Below, in pieces: positions 36,153 through 48,167 of a stretch of DNA of 64,000 nt. Both the position numbers and the translations under genes were made by a program. Below the pieces are notes generated by a model. It was not told the origin of the DNA and made no database searches. It saw only the letters and a list, made by a program, of their open reading frames with translations. Every line of letters starts with the position of its first letter. Position 1 is the first letter of the stretch. The stretch is taken from the NCBI GenBank assembly GCA_022605425.2, contig CM061246.1:434001-498000 (forward strand). The letters are read 5' to 3'. This stretch comes from Hamiltosporidium tvaerminnensis FI-OER-3-3. Taxonomy: Eukaryota > Fungi > Microsporidia.

Positions 36153-38540
36153 ATGGTTGAAGATGAAATTGAAATAAATCTCTTTCATATAATAAAAACC
36201 AATAGTAATGTTGATATACAGATTTATAAAGCCATAGAATTTGTTAAACTGTTTCAAACAACATTTCCTTCAAAAATAGCACCATATTTTTTAAAACATT
36301 CATTTAATTATTTATCGTTGCACAAAAAAATGTTAAATTATTTAAATTTAGAAACCAAGACGCGTTTTTTACCAGGAATGTTTTCATTTTATTTTAAAAT
36401 TCTAAAAAATATTAAAAAAGAAAAAGAACACTTTATAATATATGATTGTATGTCGATATATTTAAAAAATGTGTTAAACGAAAAAATTTCTGAAGAATCT
36501 AAGAAACGTATTTTTGAATTTTTTTATTTTAATAAAATTAAAAATTATAAAAATAAAACCGAACTTTTAAAATTAGTTTTTGAAAAAATTTCAGAAAAAG
36601 ATAAATTAAAATTTATGTGTATAAATGTACTGAATTATATAGAAATGAACGAAGAAAATTATTTAAGTTTGAATTTGTTTATTAAAAATGAAATTTTTGA
36701 TATTTATAATGAGTTTATTTTTAAGATAAAAAGCAAATCAAATTTGAAATCAGAAGCAGAATCTAATTTTAAACATCTAACACTTAAAACCCTTAAAGTT
36801 AATTCTTTATTTACTGATTCGATTAAAAAGAATAATATAAAAGATACTTTAGATGATTTTGCAGTAGAAAACCAGAAAGAAAATAATGAAATTAGTTTTC
36901 AAATTAAAAATATTGCATTTCAACTTGAAATACCATTAAAAACCATTGATTCTTTATTAAAAATACAAAAATTTGAATACGATGATCGGATATATGATAT
37001 TATAAATGAAATATATTCTAAAAATTATTACAAAAGAAAAATCATTGAGTCGATTCTTAAAAATATGCATTTATATTTTTATAGAAACATAAAAAATCCG
37101 TTTATACAATTTTTACCAGTTAATGAATTTACGATTCAAAAATTAACTTCAAATTATTCATTAGAAAATATAGAAAAGTATCTTGAAAAGTGTAATAAAA
37201 CAAATATGGATTATCACATGGATTCCTATAATTTACTTTTAAAATATCTAAATGATACTACCGATCTAAATTATATTTTTAATTCTAATTTTAATAAAAT
37301 ATTTTCTGTAAAAAAATTGATTGAAAAAAACTATGAAAAAATTTTAAATGAAATATTTTTAAGTTTATCCAGTCAATCGGAAAAAAACAGAAACTTTAAT
37401 AGAAATGAACTTCAATTTATGGTTATTTTTAGAAATCTAATAGAAATAAGACCATCTAATAGAATAAATGAAATTATTAAAAAATTTATTCCGGAATTTC
37501 ATAAGAATATTAATTCTGAAGTTTGTTTGTTTCAATTTGGCTTACTAAAGGTTGTTTTACGTAAAAGAATTTTGAATCGTAAAACTCTAAAATTTATATT
37601 CAAAGAATTTATTTTTTGTGAAAGCAATGAAGTAGATATTAATTCGGATCTATTTGATATTTACGGGCTGATTTTAGATGATTATTATTTAATGGATTTC
37701 TATTTAGAAGAGCAAAGATGTAAAAATTGTTCGGGTGTTGAGTGCAATAACAAAGGCTGTAAACCCGAAAAAATATTAGAAAAGATACTACTTGAACCAG
37801 ATTCTTTGCCTAAAAAGAAAACACAAGAGAATGTTAATATAATTGAAATGCACCAAACAGAAATATACAACGAATTCAAAATGAAATTAATCAAATTTGA
37901 GCATAATAAGTCTAAAAATTCCAACGAAATAGCCGTTAATAAATATTGTATTTTTGGTTTTGATAAGAAAAATGTATCTAATTTATTATCTTTTCTTTCT
38001 CCTCGAATTGAAATACAACAAATTAATGATTTGGATAAAGACAATGTTTATGTTCTTATTTCAAAGATATGGGATATATTGATTCTCAAGTCTATAAAAG
38101 AGTCGGATACAAGCATTTTACTTCTTTTTATTAAAATGATAAAATATTCAAAAGATTTTCTCGGAAAAAGAATGCAGACCAGTAAAATATTAAAAAATAT
38201 TATTGACGATCATAAAAATTTTAATTTACTGGAAAAATCAAGATTTAAAATTTTCTTGTTCTTCCTTTTGGAAATAATCAGAAATATTTCTTTATACAGA
38301 GAATATTTTTTCTATATTTTTAATATATTATTAGATTTATTTGATTACTTTCCAAATATGGTTAAATTTGTACTCATTGCCTTATTTGCTAAAAATCCTT
38401 TTCATTTTAAGTTTCTATACCTTTGTTGCTTTGCAAGAAACAATTTTACCAAATATGGAATACAACGATCCAATTTTGATCTAAATAACAAATTTTATAT
38501 TTATGTACTTGTAAGAGATATAAATTGTTTCATAAAATAA
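36153..38540 (+). CDS. 795-aa helical-repeat protein, probable TTI1 (TEL2-interacting protein 1)-like
   Basis: Long intact ORF with CCC at 36145-36147. The C-terminal VLISKIWDILI...MIKYSKDFLGKRM resembles the conserved TTI1 'W..L....GDFL..RF' block. Product name tentative. Confidence 0.5.
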   Translation: MVEDEIEINLFHIIKTNSNVDIQIYKAIEFVKLFQTTFPSKIAPYFLKHSFNYLSLHKKMLNYLNLETKTRFLPGMFSFYFKILKNIKKEKEHFIIYDCMSIYLKNVLNEKISEESKKRIFEFFYFNKIKNYKNKTELLKLVFEKISEKDKLKFMCINVLNYIEMNEENYLSLNLFIKNEIFDIYNEFIFKIKSKSNLKSEAESNFKHLTLKTLKVNSLFTDSIKKNNIKDTLDDFAVENQKENNEISFQIKNIAFQLEIPLKTIDSLLKIQKFEYDDRIYDIINEIYSKNYYKRKIIESILKNMHLYFYRNIKNPFIQFLPVNEFTIQKLTSNYSLENIEKYLEKCNKTNMDYHMDSYNLLLKYLNDTTDLNYIFNSNFNKIFSVKKLIEKNYEKILNEIFLSLSSQSEKNRNFNRNELQFMVIFRNLIEIRPSNRINEIIKKFIPEFHKNINSEVCLFQFGLLKVVLRKRILNRKTLKFIFKEFIFCESNEVDINSDLFDIYGLILDDYYLMDFYLEEQRCKNCSGVECNNKGCKPEKILEKILLEPDSLPKKKTQENVNIIEMHQTEIYNEFKMKLIKFEHNKSKNSNEIAVNKYCIFGFDKKNVSNLLSFLSPRIEIQQINDLDKDNVYVLISKIWDILILKSIKESDTSILLLFIKMIKYSKDFLGKRMQTSKILKNIIDDHKNFNLLEKSRFKIFLFFLLEIIRNISLYREYFFYIFNILLDLFDYFPNMVKFVLIALFAKNPFHFKFLYLCCFARNNFTKYGIQRSNFDLNNKFYIYVLVRDINCFIK

Positions 38541-38851
38541 ATTTTAGAATGTAATGGTTTCTACAAACAAATTTATATTTTATTCTTATTTTGTGTTAAT
38601 TCCTTTGATTTATTAATAGTATTTTATTTTTTTAACTATAATTACGTAAAGTTTATCTTCTATTTTTTTTATATTCAGATTTATAAATATCAATTTCTAC
38701 AAATCTCTTCAAATCATTTCTAGTATTTGAAATGCTTAAAATTAAAACAGAATTATTTACTTTTAATTAGCCTAATATATTTTTTCAATTATTATGAAGC
38801 ATGTGTCTAAAATTTTTAATATAGTAAAATCAAATTTTTATGAAAATGTCA

Positions 38852-41800
38852 ATGAGTAGAAAAAAAATTGACAGCGATAATATAAAAAATGAAGAAATAA
38901 AGGCTGTAAACAACTAGGAAATTAGTTTAAAAGAGACAAAAACGTGTGATAGAGATGTAGTGACTATATCCGAGCGCTTCCACCAAAACCAACCATCTAT
39001 AACAAAACCCACTCCCCATCGAGCACTACGTTATATGTTACTACAGTCAGCCTGATCGATTCCGCACCCCCTTCTTCCTGTCTCGATTCGTCTGCTTGTA
39101 TACCAGCCAACACAATGGAAAACCTCAATGCACCTGCAATTCCAGAAGGAAATCGACTGATGGTATTGCATTCAATACTTGACTCTGTCACAGCCGTAGA
39201 GCAGGAATGGCTAGATCTGCTACTTCAGCAGTGCAAAAATGGTTTGTGAGAATGCCTATAAATGGCTAGTCTGCAATTCTTAGGTACTATAATAGGAAAT
39301 TTGGTCGAACTGTTGATATCGATGTCTTAAAAAAATAGAAACAAAATGAGGCAGAAGGAGAAATAAGCCTAGAAAAGAAAAGAGAGCGATGTAGAATCGT
39401 CACTTGTCTATACGAGCCATGTTCCTTAACGACACTACACTCTATATGAACCCGAGAGAAAAATTCTTGTGTAAAATCATAAAAATTCTCGGAGAAGGAA
39501 ATCGGAGATGTAGCGATCCGAACTAGAAAACTGCCAAGTGAATTTGTTGAAAGTAAAGTTTTGGAACTCAAAAATCGGATCACAGGTAAATATGCTGAAT
39601 TTTCTGTACCTAAGAATGTATGTGATGCAGCTCGAATCATCCAGGCGGCCCATGTATGCTATGACGAGCCAAAACGTAAAGAGAAGCCAAGATTCACTTG
39701 GAAGGAAAATATAGAAAGTAAAATTTCTAAGTTGTCACTTTCCAAGATCTCCTTGAGAAGGCTTATAAACAAGAAAACTCTTCACTTTAGAAACGAAAAG
39801 TCTCAGAAAAATTATGCTTGAGTATAATTTAGACTTAAGCAAAATAAATGATCTTCTGAGGCTTTGGTTGAGAAGAATGAGGCTTTGAATGTGTACGAGA
39901 AAAAAATTACGATGCATGAAAGTAGGAGGAAATTCCGAAAAGAGAATCGTATGTTTGAGATTTTCAGAGTTCGATTTTATCTAGGATTAACCGAGCGCGT
40001 TGAATCCGAGCATGTAGTTTATCGTGACGAAATTTTAGAATTTTGGTCTATATTGTGGAACAAAAATGATAAAGTAGTTACATATGATGAGTATTTGATA
40101 CCTTTTGTCAGATACGCAACAGATAATGTTTCCATCACTTGAAGAGTTTATAGATATCATCAATTGGCTGCCTAACTGGAAAGCCGCTGGAATTGATGTT
40201 TTTATAACTTTTACATTAAGAAACTTACGAGCTTTCATAAATATCTTTACGATATTGTGAAAGTCATATGTTTAGAAGGAACGGCACAAGCCGACTGGTA
40301 CTATTGTAAACTTACTTATCTGATACCATAAAGGTACACTAAAGACTAGTTATGATACAGACCAATAACCTGTATAAACTGAAGTCAAACATGTGTTACT
40401 AAAGTGGTACAGATTGAAGTGAAAACAAGTATTCTTTCAGATAATTCGTTGGGAGCAGTTAGAGGAGTGCAAAGAGCAAAAGAACAGGCCTTATCGAATG
40501 ATCATGAATAAAGAGTACGGAAACAATCTTAAAGAAACATGGATATATGTCGAAAAGACTTATGATCCAACAGATCCTGCTTATTTTACTCAATGCATTG
40601 AGAACCTATATTTACCGTATTGAATCCTAAAATTTATTAAAATAATTATATCAAAATAGAAACTTGATATATCATTAGAGCCTGAAAAAACTATGTGCAA
40701 AAAGATCGATAGAGAGATTTACAATAAGATAGTCTGTCACCATTATTGTTTGTATTGTGTATAGATCCACTGAGCTGAAAGCTTAATGAAAAATACACAA
40801 AAGTGACAGTACAAACAGATGCAGAATCTCATTCTACCAATCATCTCTTGTTTATAATGATATTAAGCTCCTTGCCGAAGATGGCCAAACATTAGAAGAA
40901 ATGACGGAGGTGGTTAAAAAGTTTATGAATAATATAGGATTGGAAATTAACAAAGAGAACTCAGCCACTAATGATCCATGTCGTGAATATACTGCTAATA
41001 TTCTGAAAAGAATAGGTGTTTATAAATACCTTGGAATTATAGAAGATAGCAGAGTAATTCCAACAAGTAATCGCTTGAGGAAGTACAGACTAAACTTTTA
41101 GCACGAGTAGAAAGACTTTTTTGCACGAGATTAAATGCAAGAAATTTATTTCAAGCCATTCATCAACATGCAATTTCTTTACTAAACTATCATATAGGTG
41201 TACTCCGACTAGAACCGGCTGACTTTTCTAAGTTAGATGATGCGGTGCGTGCAGTGTTAGTAAAGAACAAAATACATCTACGCCCAGGATGCAAAGAACG
41301 TCTATACCTTCCACGTAAAGAACTTGGAAGAGGTTTAGATAGTGTCGAGTTCAAAAGCGAACAATGTTTTTGCAACTCTTGGATTGTCTGTAAAAACATA
41401 AATATACATCGACCAGAAGAGCAGCAATCCTAAAGGTTGTGAATAGTAATAAAACTCACCTTTCACTAATTAAAAAGTTTTTAAAAATAAAATACGGGTT
41501 GGAAGAGGAAGTCACAAAAAAGAAATTGGAAGAAGCTGAACTAGCTAACCTATATAATGAAATCAAAAACCGAAAACTACATTCAAAGTTATATAGCGCT
41601 AGAAATAACGAGCTGGTAATTGTAAATGACTCTTCAAGATGGTGAAAGAAAGGAAGTTTAAAACCACTTGATGGAGCAGTGGTCTGTTATATCCAGCATA
41701 GAAATGTATTCCGGGGTGCAGAAGGTATGTGTCAACACTGCAACCAGTCTAGGAAAACAGTAGATCACCTAGCAACGAGATGTGAAAAAATGCTTGGTTA

Positions 41801-42606
41801 TGACTATACTAGACTACACAATAAAGTGATACGATGTATACATTTATTCTTGCTGAATAAATATAAGTTTAAGTCTTCGAAACGAATTAGAAGCCACTCA
41901 GTTCAAGAAATTCTTGATAACGAATATGCAGAGATAAGAGTGGACACCAGAATAAAAACTGATGTCAAGATTCGGTGTAACAGACCAGATATATTTATTT
42001 TAGACAAGAGACATAATAGGATAACCCTCATTGAAGTAGGAATCACATCCCAAGACTCTCTTCAAATAGTTGAAACAGAGAAGCTTAGGAAGTATGACCT
42101 ATTAGCAAATGAGTTAGGTCTTATTTATAAATGCAGCGTAGAGATAATTCCTTATGTGATGACCTGGGACGGTATTGTGACAAAATACCATAAGACGTAT
42201 GTTAAGAGACTGCAAATACCCATGAATCATGAGGCATATATACAATCCATAGTACTCAAGAAGACAGTCAAAACAATTTCTTTTGATCGACGAAGAGGAC
42301 TTGAGTCAGGTCCAAATGCCGAGGAGAGCTGGGAGAGAGCATTATTAAGTGTTATTTTAGGAGCCGAAATGCATAAACAACCAATACCCCCTTTAAAGCA
42401 AGTAGACAACAAGGAAGATGATGTTAAAACGGAAAATACAAAAAATATTTTACCCCTTATTTTGTATGGTTTAACCACAGCAAAGGAACCAACAACTAAT
42501 ACAAATGAATAATTGGAAGTTGAAGGATGAGATAGAAATTGTTGAAATGATGGAAAGAATTATTTAAAAGAGAAAAATTTGTTAGCCCAGAATTTTATTA
42601 AATGAA
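38852..42606 (+). mobile_element. Full-length, degenerate R4/Dong-like RLE non-LTR retrotransposon, copy A
   Basis: Collinear with 44381-48167 along its whole length, with many stops and frameshifts. Degenerate 14-bp TSD TTATGAAAATGTCA (38838-38851) / TTATTAAGATGTCA (42607-42620). Confidence 0.93.
41679..42512 (+). pseudogene. CCHC + restriction-like endonuclease ORF remnant of copy A
   Basis: CQHC..DHLATRC, RPDIFILD..LIEVGIT..EKLRKY motifs. Confidence 0.85.
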
Positions 42607-42865
42607 TTATTAAGATGTCAGAATTTTTTTTTCTAAAAATCATTTTCAATATTTTATATTAAACATTTATTATAGACAAAATATGATAACCTTCATTAAA
42701 GTATGACTTACTTCTCAAAATTAACTTCAAATATTCAAAACGGAAGAAGTTAGAATGTAATACTTGTTAGAAAGGATTCTGGTACTATTAATTGTAGTGT
42801 GGACATAATTTCTTATTTGATAACCAGATATGGTATTGTGATTGAATAAGATAATTCACACCTTA

Positions 42866-43035
42866 TTTATGTATTTAGTATCTCGCTTCTTTCCTACAGA
42901 TGGAACACAATCCAACGATGAACCATAGCTTCGCCAAGTTCTAGGCGTTCCAAAGACGATTTTCCTTGATTGGCTAGGTTGTCAGTCTCACACAAACTTT
43001 CCGAAAGGTAGATAAAGAGTGCACCAACCGGTGTT
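42866..43035 (-). mobile_element. 5'-truncated tRNA-headed SINE-like element with 12-bp TSD
   Basis: Homologous to 50215-50424. ATTCACACCTTA is duplicated at 42854-42865 and 43036-43047. Retains only CCGGTTGGTGC of the tRNA head. Confidence 0.8.
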
Positions 43036-43429
43036 ATTCACACCTTAAAAAAAACTAAAATTTCCATGAATATATAGACATAGATTCGGTTAATAGTGCT
43101 GCAAAACGACTGTCAAACCAATTTCTATTTTTAATAATATGGACTTGAGATCGGGCTAAATACCGAAGAGAACGTCATATGGTGTTTTAGAAGAGGCTGA
43201 GATGCAAAAACAATCAAAACTATATTTGTGGCAAGCTATCTATCATGAAAACTGCGTGTTTAGGTTGGATACCTGAATGGTGCGCTCGGTATCTACCTTA
43301 ATAGAAAGCGTGTAGTGGTCTGACCACCCAATCAACAAAAAAAAATTCTGGAACGCTTATAACTTGGCTAAGCTTTTATTCATCTTAGGATCATATTCTT
43401 TTTGTAGGAAGAAGAAATCATTTATAAAA

Positions 43430-43625
43430 AAAATAATCATGATGGTGTCGTTAAACATGTCAAAACGAAAAGATAACACACCCATTATTTATGATGGAGA
43501 AACCACACCAGGGAAACCGATTATTAGTATAAACGAAGATTTAGATACTACAAGAAGAAATTAAAACCGTTAAAGTGGTATCTAAAAAAATGTTTCGGAA
43601 AATATTTAAATCTTGAATTTTATTG
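43430..43625 (+). mobile_element. Diverged 3'-end fragment of the R4/Dong-like family
   Basis: ACACCCATTATTTATGATGGAGAAACCACACCAGGGAAACCGA...TGAATTTTATT parallels 7095-7242 and 24245-24395. Confidence 0.6.
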
Positions 43626-43953
43626 TATAAAAGCATAATTTGTTTCGAAAAATCTCCAGATCAAGCTTTTTTTCTATTTAATTGAAGTTTGGCTGTAAAG
43701 CTATTTTACTTTAAATAAGCCAAATAGTTTTAAGAAAGTAATTTATTTTAGATTATTTCCATGAAAAAAAATAGAAAAAGGGAGTGTTCTATCCAAAAAA
43801 AATAAATTGTAAACTTGGGTTTATTTCATTACCACAGAGAGCTTAAAAGAGAAGCAGACTTGATTTCAGCGTAAGCTTTTATTGCACACTTCATTTATAG
43901 AGTAAATAATGTAAGTAATAATTTAAGAATAAGTTTTTATTTTTACTTGAATC

Positions 43954-44181
43954 TCAAATTTTCCTTTTAAAATACATCAAAGCAGTATAAATGCCTCTAT
44001 TGAGAGAGTTTTCTGTATATTTTTGTTCATATTCAATGCTTGTATTCTTTATCAACGGCTCATGTGATTTATTGATTTCCGAGAGCTCTTTTATAAAAGC
44101 TTCCTCATCAGATTCTATAAAGACAAAATTTGAATATTTTTGTAATCTTTCTTGTCTTCTTCGTTCAATTTCATCGTCCAT
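43954..44181 (-). CDS. Small hypothetical protein, 75 aa
   Basis: ATG ORF with CCCC at 44204-44207 and a charged helical N-terminus (EIERRRQERLQKY). Confidence 0.6.
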   Translation of the reverse strand: MDDEIERRRQERLQKYSNFVFIESDEEAFIKELSEINKSHEPLIKNTSIEYEQKYTENSLNRGIYTALMYFKRKI

Positions 44182-44424
44182 ACAAAAATTAAAGAAATAT
44201 TAAGGGGAACGAAAATAAAAACGCTACAACTTAAAAATATAAATGAAGCATTCTTCTATCGAATGAATCTGTTGATTGAAAAAGAGGCACAATTTATTGT
44301 AATAATTATAAGATTGAATTGTAAATTTTAAAAATGTAGGATGTGTTAAATAAAAGAAGTACTTAAAAAATTAAATGTAAATTTTTATTTAATAAAATTC
44401 TGGGTTAACAAATTTTTCTCTTTT

Positions 44425-45312
44425 CTAAATAATTCTTTCCACCATTTCAACCACTTCTATCTCTTCCTCAAACTCCAACTCTTCATTTGTATTTGTTATT
44501 GGTTCCTTTGCTGTGGTTATGCCATCCAAAATAAGGGGTAAAATATTTTTTGTATTTTCCGTTTTAACATCATCTTCCTTGTTGTCTACTTGCTTTAAAG
44601 GGGGTATTGGTTGTTTATGCATTTCGGCTCCTAAAATAACACTTAATAATGCTCTCTCCCAGCTCTCCTCGGCATTTGGACCAGACTCAAGTCCTCTTCG
44701 TCGATCAAAAGAAATTGTTTTGACTGTCTTCTTGAGTACTATGGATTGTATATATGCCTCTACATTCATGGGTATTTGCAGTCTCTTAACATACGTCTTA
44801 TGGTATTTTGTCACAATACCGTCCCAGGTCATCACATAAGGAATTATCTCTATATTGCATTTATAAATAAGACCTAACTCATTTGCTAATAGGTCATACT
44901 TCCTAAGCTTCTCTGTTTCAACTATTTGAAGAGAGTCTTGGGATGTGATTCCTACTTCAATGAGGGTTATCCTATTATGTCTCTTGTCTAAAATAAATAT
45001 ATCTGGTCTGTTACACCGAATCTTGACATCAGTTTTTATTCTGGTGTCCACTCTTATCTCTGCATATTCGTTATCAAGAATTTCTTGAACTGAGTGGCTT
45101 CTAATTCGTTTCGAAGACTTAAACTTATATTTATTCAGCAAGAATAAATGTATACATCGTATCACTTTATTGTGTAGTCTAGTATAGTCATAACCAAGCA
45201 TTTTTTCACATCTCGTTGCTAGGTGATCTACTGTTTTCCTAGACTGGTTGCAGTGTTGACACATACCTTCTGCACCCCGGAATACATTTCTATGCTGGAT
45301 ATAACAGACCAC
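44425..45312 (-). pseudogene. CCHC + RLE endonuclease + acidic tail ORF remnant of copy B
   Basis: CQHC..H..C, RPD..IEV..K..KY motifs, separated from the RT by stops and frameshifts. Confidence 0.85.
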
Positions 45313-46367
45313 TGCTCCATCAAGTGGTTTTAAACTTCCTTTCTTTCACCATCTTGAAGAGTCATTTACAATTACCAGCTCGTTATTTCTAGCGCTATAT
45401 AACTTTGAATGTAGTTTTCGGTTTTTGATTTCATTATATAGGTTAGCTAGTTCAGCTTCTTCCAATTTCTTTTTTGTGACTTCCTCTTCCAACCCGTATT
45501 TTTTTTTTAAAAAGTTTTTAATTAGTGAAAGGTGGGTTTTATTACTATTCACAACCTTTAGGATTGCTGCTCTTCTGGTCGATGTATATTTATGTTTTTA
45601 CAGACAATCCAAGAGTTGCAAAAACATTGTTCGCTTTTGAACTCGACACTATCTAAACCTCTTCCAAGTTCTTTACGTGGAAGGTATAGACGTTCTTTGC
45701 ATCCTGGGCGTAGATGTATTTTGTTCTTTACTAACACTGCACGCACCGCATCATCTAACTTAGAGAAGTCAGCCGGTTCAAGTCGGAGTACACCTATATG
45801 ATAGTTTAGTAAAGAAATTGCATGTTGATTAATGGCTTGAAATAAATTTCTTGCATTTAATCTCGTGCGACAAAGTCTTTCTACTCGTGCTATAAGTTTG
45901 GTCTGTACTTCCTCAAGCGATTACTTGTTGGAATTACTCTGCTATCTTCTATAATTCCAAGGTATTTATAAACACCTATTCTTTTCAGAATATTAGCAGT
46001 ATATTCACGACATGGATCATTAGTGGCTGAGTTCTCTTTGTTAATTTCCAATCCTATATTATTCATAAACTTTTTAACCACCTCCGTCATTTCTTCTAAT
46101 GTTTGGCCATCTTCGGCAAGGAGCTTAATATCATTATAAACAAGAGATGATTGGTAGAATGAGATTCTGCATCTGTTTGTACTGTCACTTTTGTGTATTT
46201 TTCATTAAGCTTTCAGCTCAGTGGATCTATACACAATACAAACAATAATGGTGACAGACTATCTTATTGTAAATCTCTCTATCGATCTTTTTGCACATAG
46301 TTTTTTCAGGCTCTAATGATATATCAAGTTTCTATTTTGATATAATTATTTTAATAAATTTTAGGAT

Positions 46368-48167
46368 TCAATACGGTAAATTAAGGTTTTCAATGCATTG
46401 AGTCAAATAAGCATGATCTATTGAATCATAAGCTTTTTTGACATCAATCCATGTTGCCTTAAGATTGTTTCCGTACTCTTTATTAATGGCAATATTCAAT
46501 AGGGCCTGTTCTTTCGCTCCTTGCACTCCTCTAACCGCTCCCAACTGATTATCTGAAAGTAATCCTCGTCTTTCCACCTCAACCTGAACCACTTTAGTGA
46601 CACATTTTGTAGTCAGTTTATACAGGTTTGACATACAAGTTATTGGTCTGTAATCAGAGCCAGTCTTTGGTGTACCTTTAGGTATCAGATAAGTAAGTCC
46701 ACAATAATACCAATCGGCTTGAGGCGTTCCTTCTAAACATATGGCTTTCACAATATCGTAAAGATATTTATGAAGGCTCGTAAGTTTCTTGATGTAAAAG
46801 TTATAAATACCATCAATTCCAGCGGCTTTCCAGTTAGGCAGCCAATTGAGGATATCTATAAACTCTTCAAGTAAAGGAAACGTGGTCTGGTGCGTATCTG
46901 ACACGAAAGGTATCAAATACTCATCATATGTAACTACTTTATCATTTTTATTCCACATTGTAGACCAAAATTCTGAAATTTCGTCACGATAAACCACATG
47001 CTCGGATTCAACGCGCTCAGATAACCCTCGATAGAATCGACCTCGGAATAACTCAAACATACGATTCTCTTTTCGAAATTTTCTCCTACTTTCATACATC
47101 GTAATTTTTTTCTCGTAAACATTCAAAGCCTCATTCTTCTTAACCAAAGCCTCAGAGAGATCATTTATTTTGCTTAAGTCTAAATTAAACTCTCGCATAA
47201 TTTTTCTGAGACTTTTCGTTTCCGAAGTAGAGAGCTTTTCCTGCTTGCGAGCCTTCTCGAGGAGATCTTTGGAAAGTACTAACTTAGAAATTTTACTTTC
47301 TATGTTTTCCTTCCAAGCAGATCTAGGCTTCTCCTTACGCGTTTCCTCGTCATAGCATACCTGAGCCGCCTGGATGATTCGAGCTGCATCACTAACATTC
47401 TTAGGCACATGAGATTCAGCATATTCACCTGTGATCCGATTTATGAGTTCCAAAACTTTACTATCAACCAATTCACTTGGAAGTTTTCTAGTTCGGACCA
47501 CTACATCTCCGATTTCCTTCTCCGAGAGTTCCTTGATTTTGCACAAGAACTTTTCTCTCAGGTTCATATAGAGTGTAGTGTCAGTTAAAGAACATGGCTC
47601 GGCGAGACAAGTGGCGATTCTACGTCGCTCTCCATTCTCTTCTTGCCTTATTTCTCTTTCTGCCTCATTATGTGTTAATTTTTTTAACACATCGATATCA
47701 ACAGTTCGACCAAATTTCCCATTATAGTACCTAAGAATTGCAGACCAGCCATTTCTAGGCATTCTCTCAAACCTTTTTTGCACTGCTGAAATAGCAGATC
47801 TAGGCCATTCCTGCTCTACGGCTGTGACAGAGTCAAGTATTGAATGCAATACCATCAGTCGATTTACTTCTGGAATGACAGGGGCATTGAGGTTTTCCAT
47901 TGTGTTGGCTGGTCTACGCGCAGACGAATCGGGACAGGAAGAAGGGAGTGCGGAATCGAGCAGGTTGATTGGAGTAGCCTGAAGCGTATTGCTCGATGGG
48001 GAGTGGGTGTTATTATAGATGGTCGGTTGTGGTGGAAGCGTCTCGGATATAGTTACTACATCTCTATCACACGTTTTCATCTCTTTAAAACTAATTTCCG
48101 AGTTGTTTACAGCATTTATTTCATCATTTTTTATATTTTCGCTGTCAACTTTTTTTCTTCTACCCAT
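46368..48167 (-). CDS. N-terminal half of retrotransposon ORF (Myb-like region + first RT subdomains), ends at a premature TGA
   Basis: 599-aa open frame with W-x19-W Myb-like spacing (WPRSAISAVQKRFERMPRNGW), KAAGIDG and YRPIT motifs. Confidence 0.88.
   Translation of the reverse strand: MGRRKKVDSENIKNDEINAVNNSEISFKEMKTCDRDVVTISETLPPQPTIYNNTHSPSSNTLQATPINLLDSALPSSCPDSSARRPANTMENLNAPVIPEVNRLMVLHSILDSVTAVEQEWPRSAISAVQKRFERMPRNGWSAILRYYNGKFGRTVDIDVLKKLTHNEAEREIRQEENGERRRIATCLAEPCSLTDTTLYMNLREKFLCKIKELSEKEIGDVVVRTRKLPSELVDSKVLELINRITGEYAESHVPKNVSDAARIIQAAQVCYDEETRKEKPRSAWKENIESKISKLVLSKDLLEKARKQEKLSTSETKSLRKIMREFNLDLSKINDLSEALVKKNEALNVYEKKITMYESRRKFRKENRMFELFRGRFYRGLSERVESEHVVYRDEISEFWSTMWNKNDKVVTYDEYLIPFVSDTHQTTFPLLEEFIDILNWLPNWKAAGIDGIYNFYIKKLTSLHKYLYDIVKAICLEGTPQADWYYCGLTYLIPKGTPKTGSDYRPITCMSNLYKLTTKCVTKVVQVEVERRGLLSDNQLGAVRGVQGAKEQALLNIAINKEYGNNLKATWIDVKKAYDSIDHAYLTQCIENLNLPY

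Larger units (their letters stand above)
44381..48167 (-). mobile_element. Full-length (3787 bp) R4/Dong-like RLE non-LTR retrotransposon, copy B
   Basis: RT motifs YRPITCMSNLYKL, QLGAVRGVQGAKEQ, WIDVKKAYDSIDH, YKYLGI, RLYLPRKELGRGL; CCHC; PD-(D/E)xK. Perfect 11-bp TSD ATTAAATGTAA at 44370-44380 and 48168-48178. Confidence 0.95.

Noticed and set aside
43255-43335. 5S rRNA-like or hairpin stretch (GATACC..GGTATC, GTGTAGTGGTCTGACCA)
   Set aside because: Only a short partial resemblance; no full 5S fold or second copy in the window.
46368-46370. Programmed readthrough or alternative genetic code at the TGA shared by all three copies
   Set aside because: The same block has TAG, TAA and another TGA plus a destroyed QGD motif, and host genes read normally. 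Shared damage is the simpler explanation.
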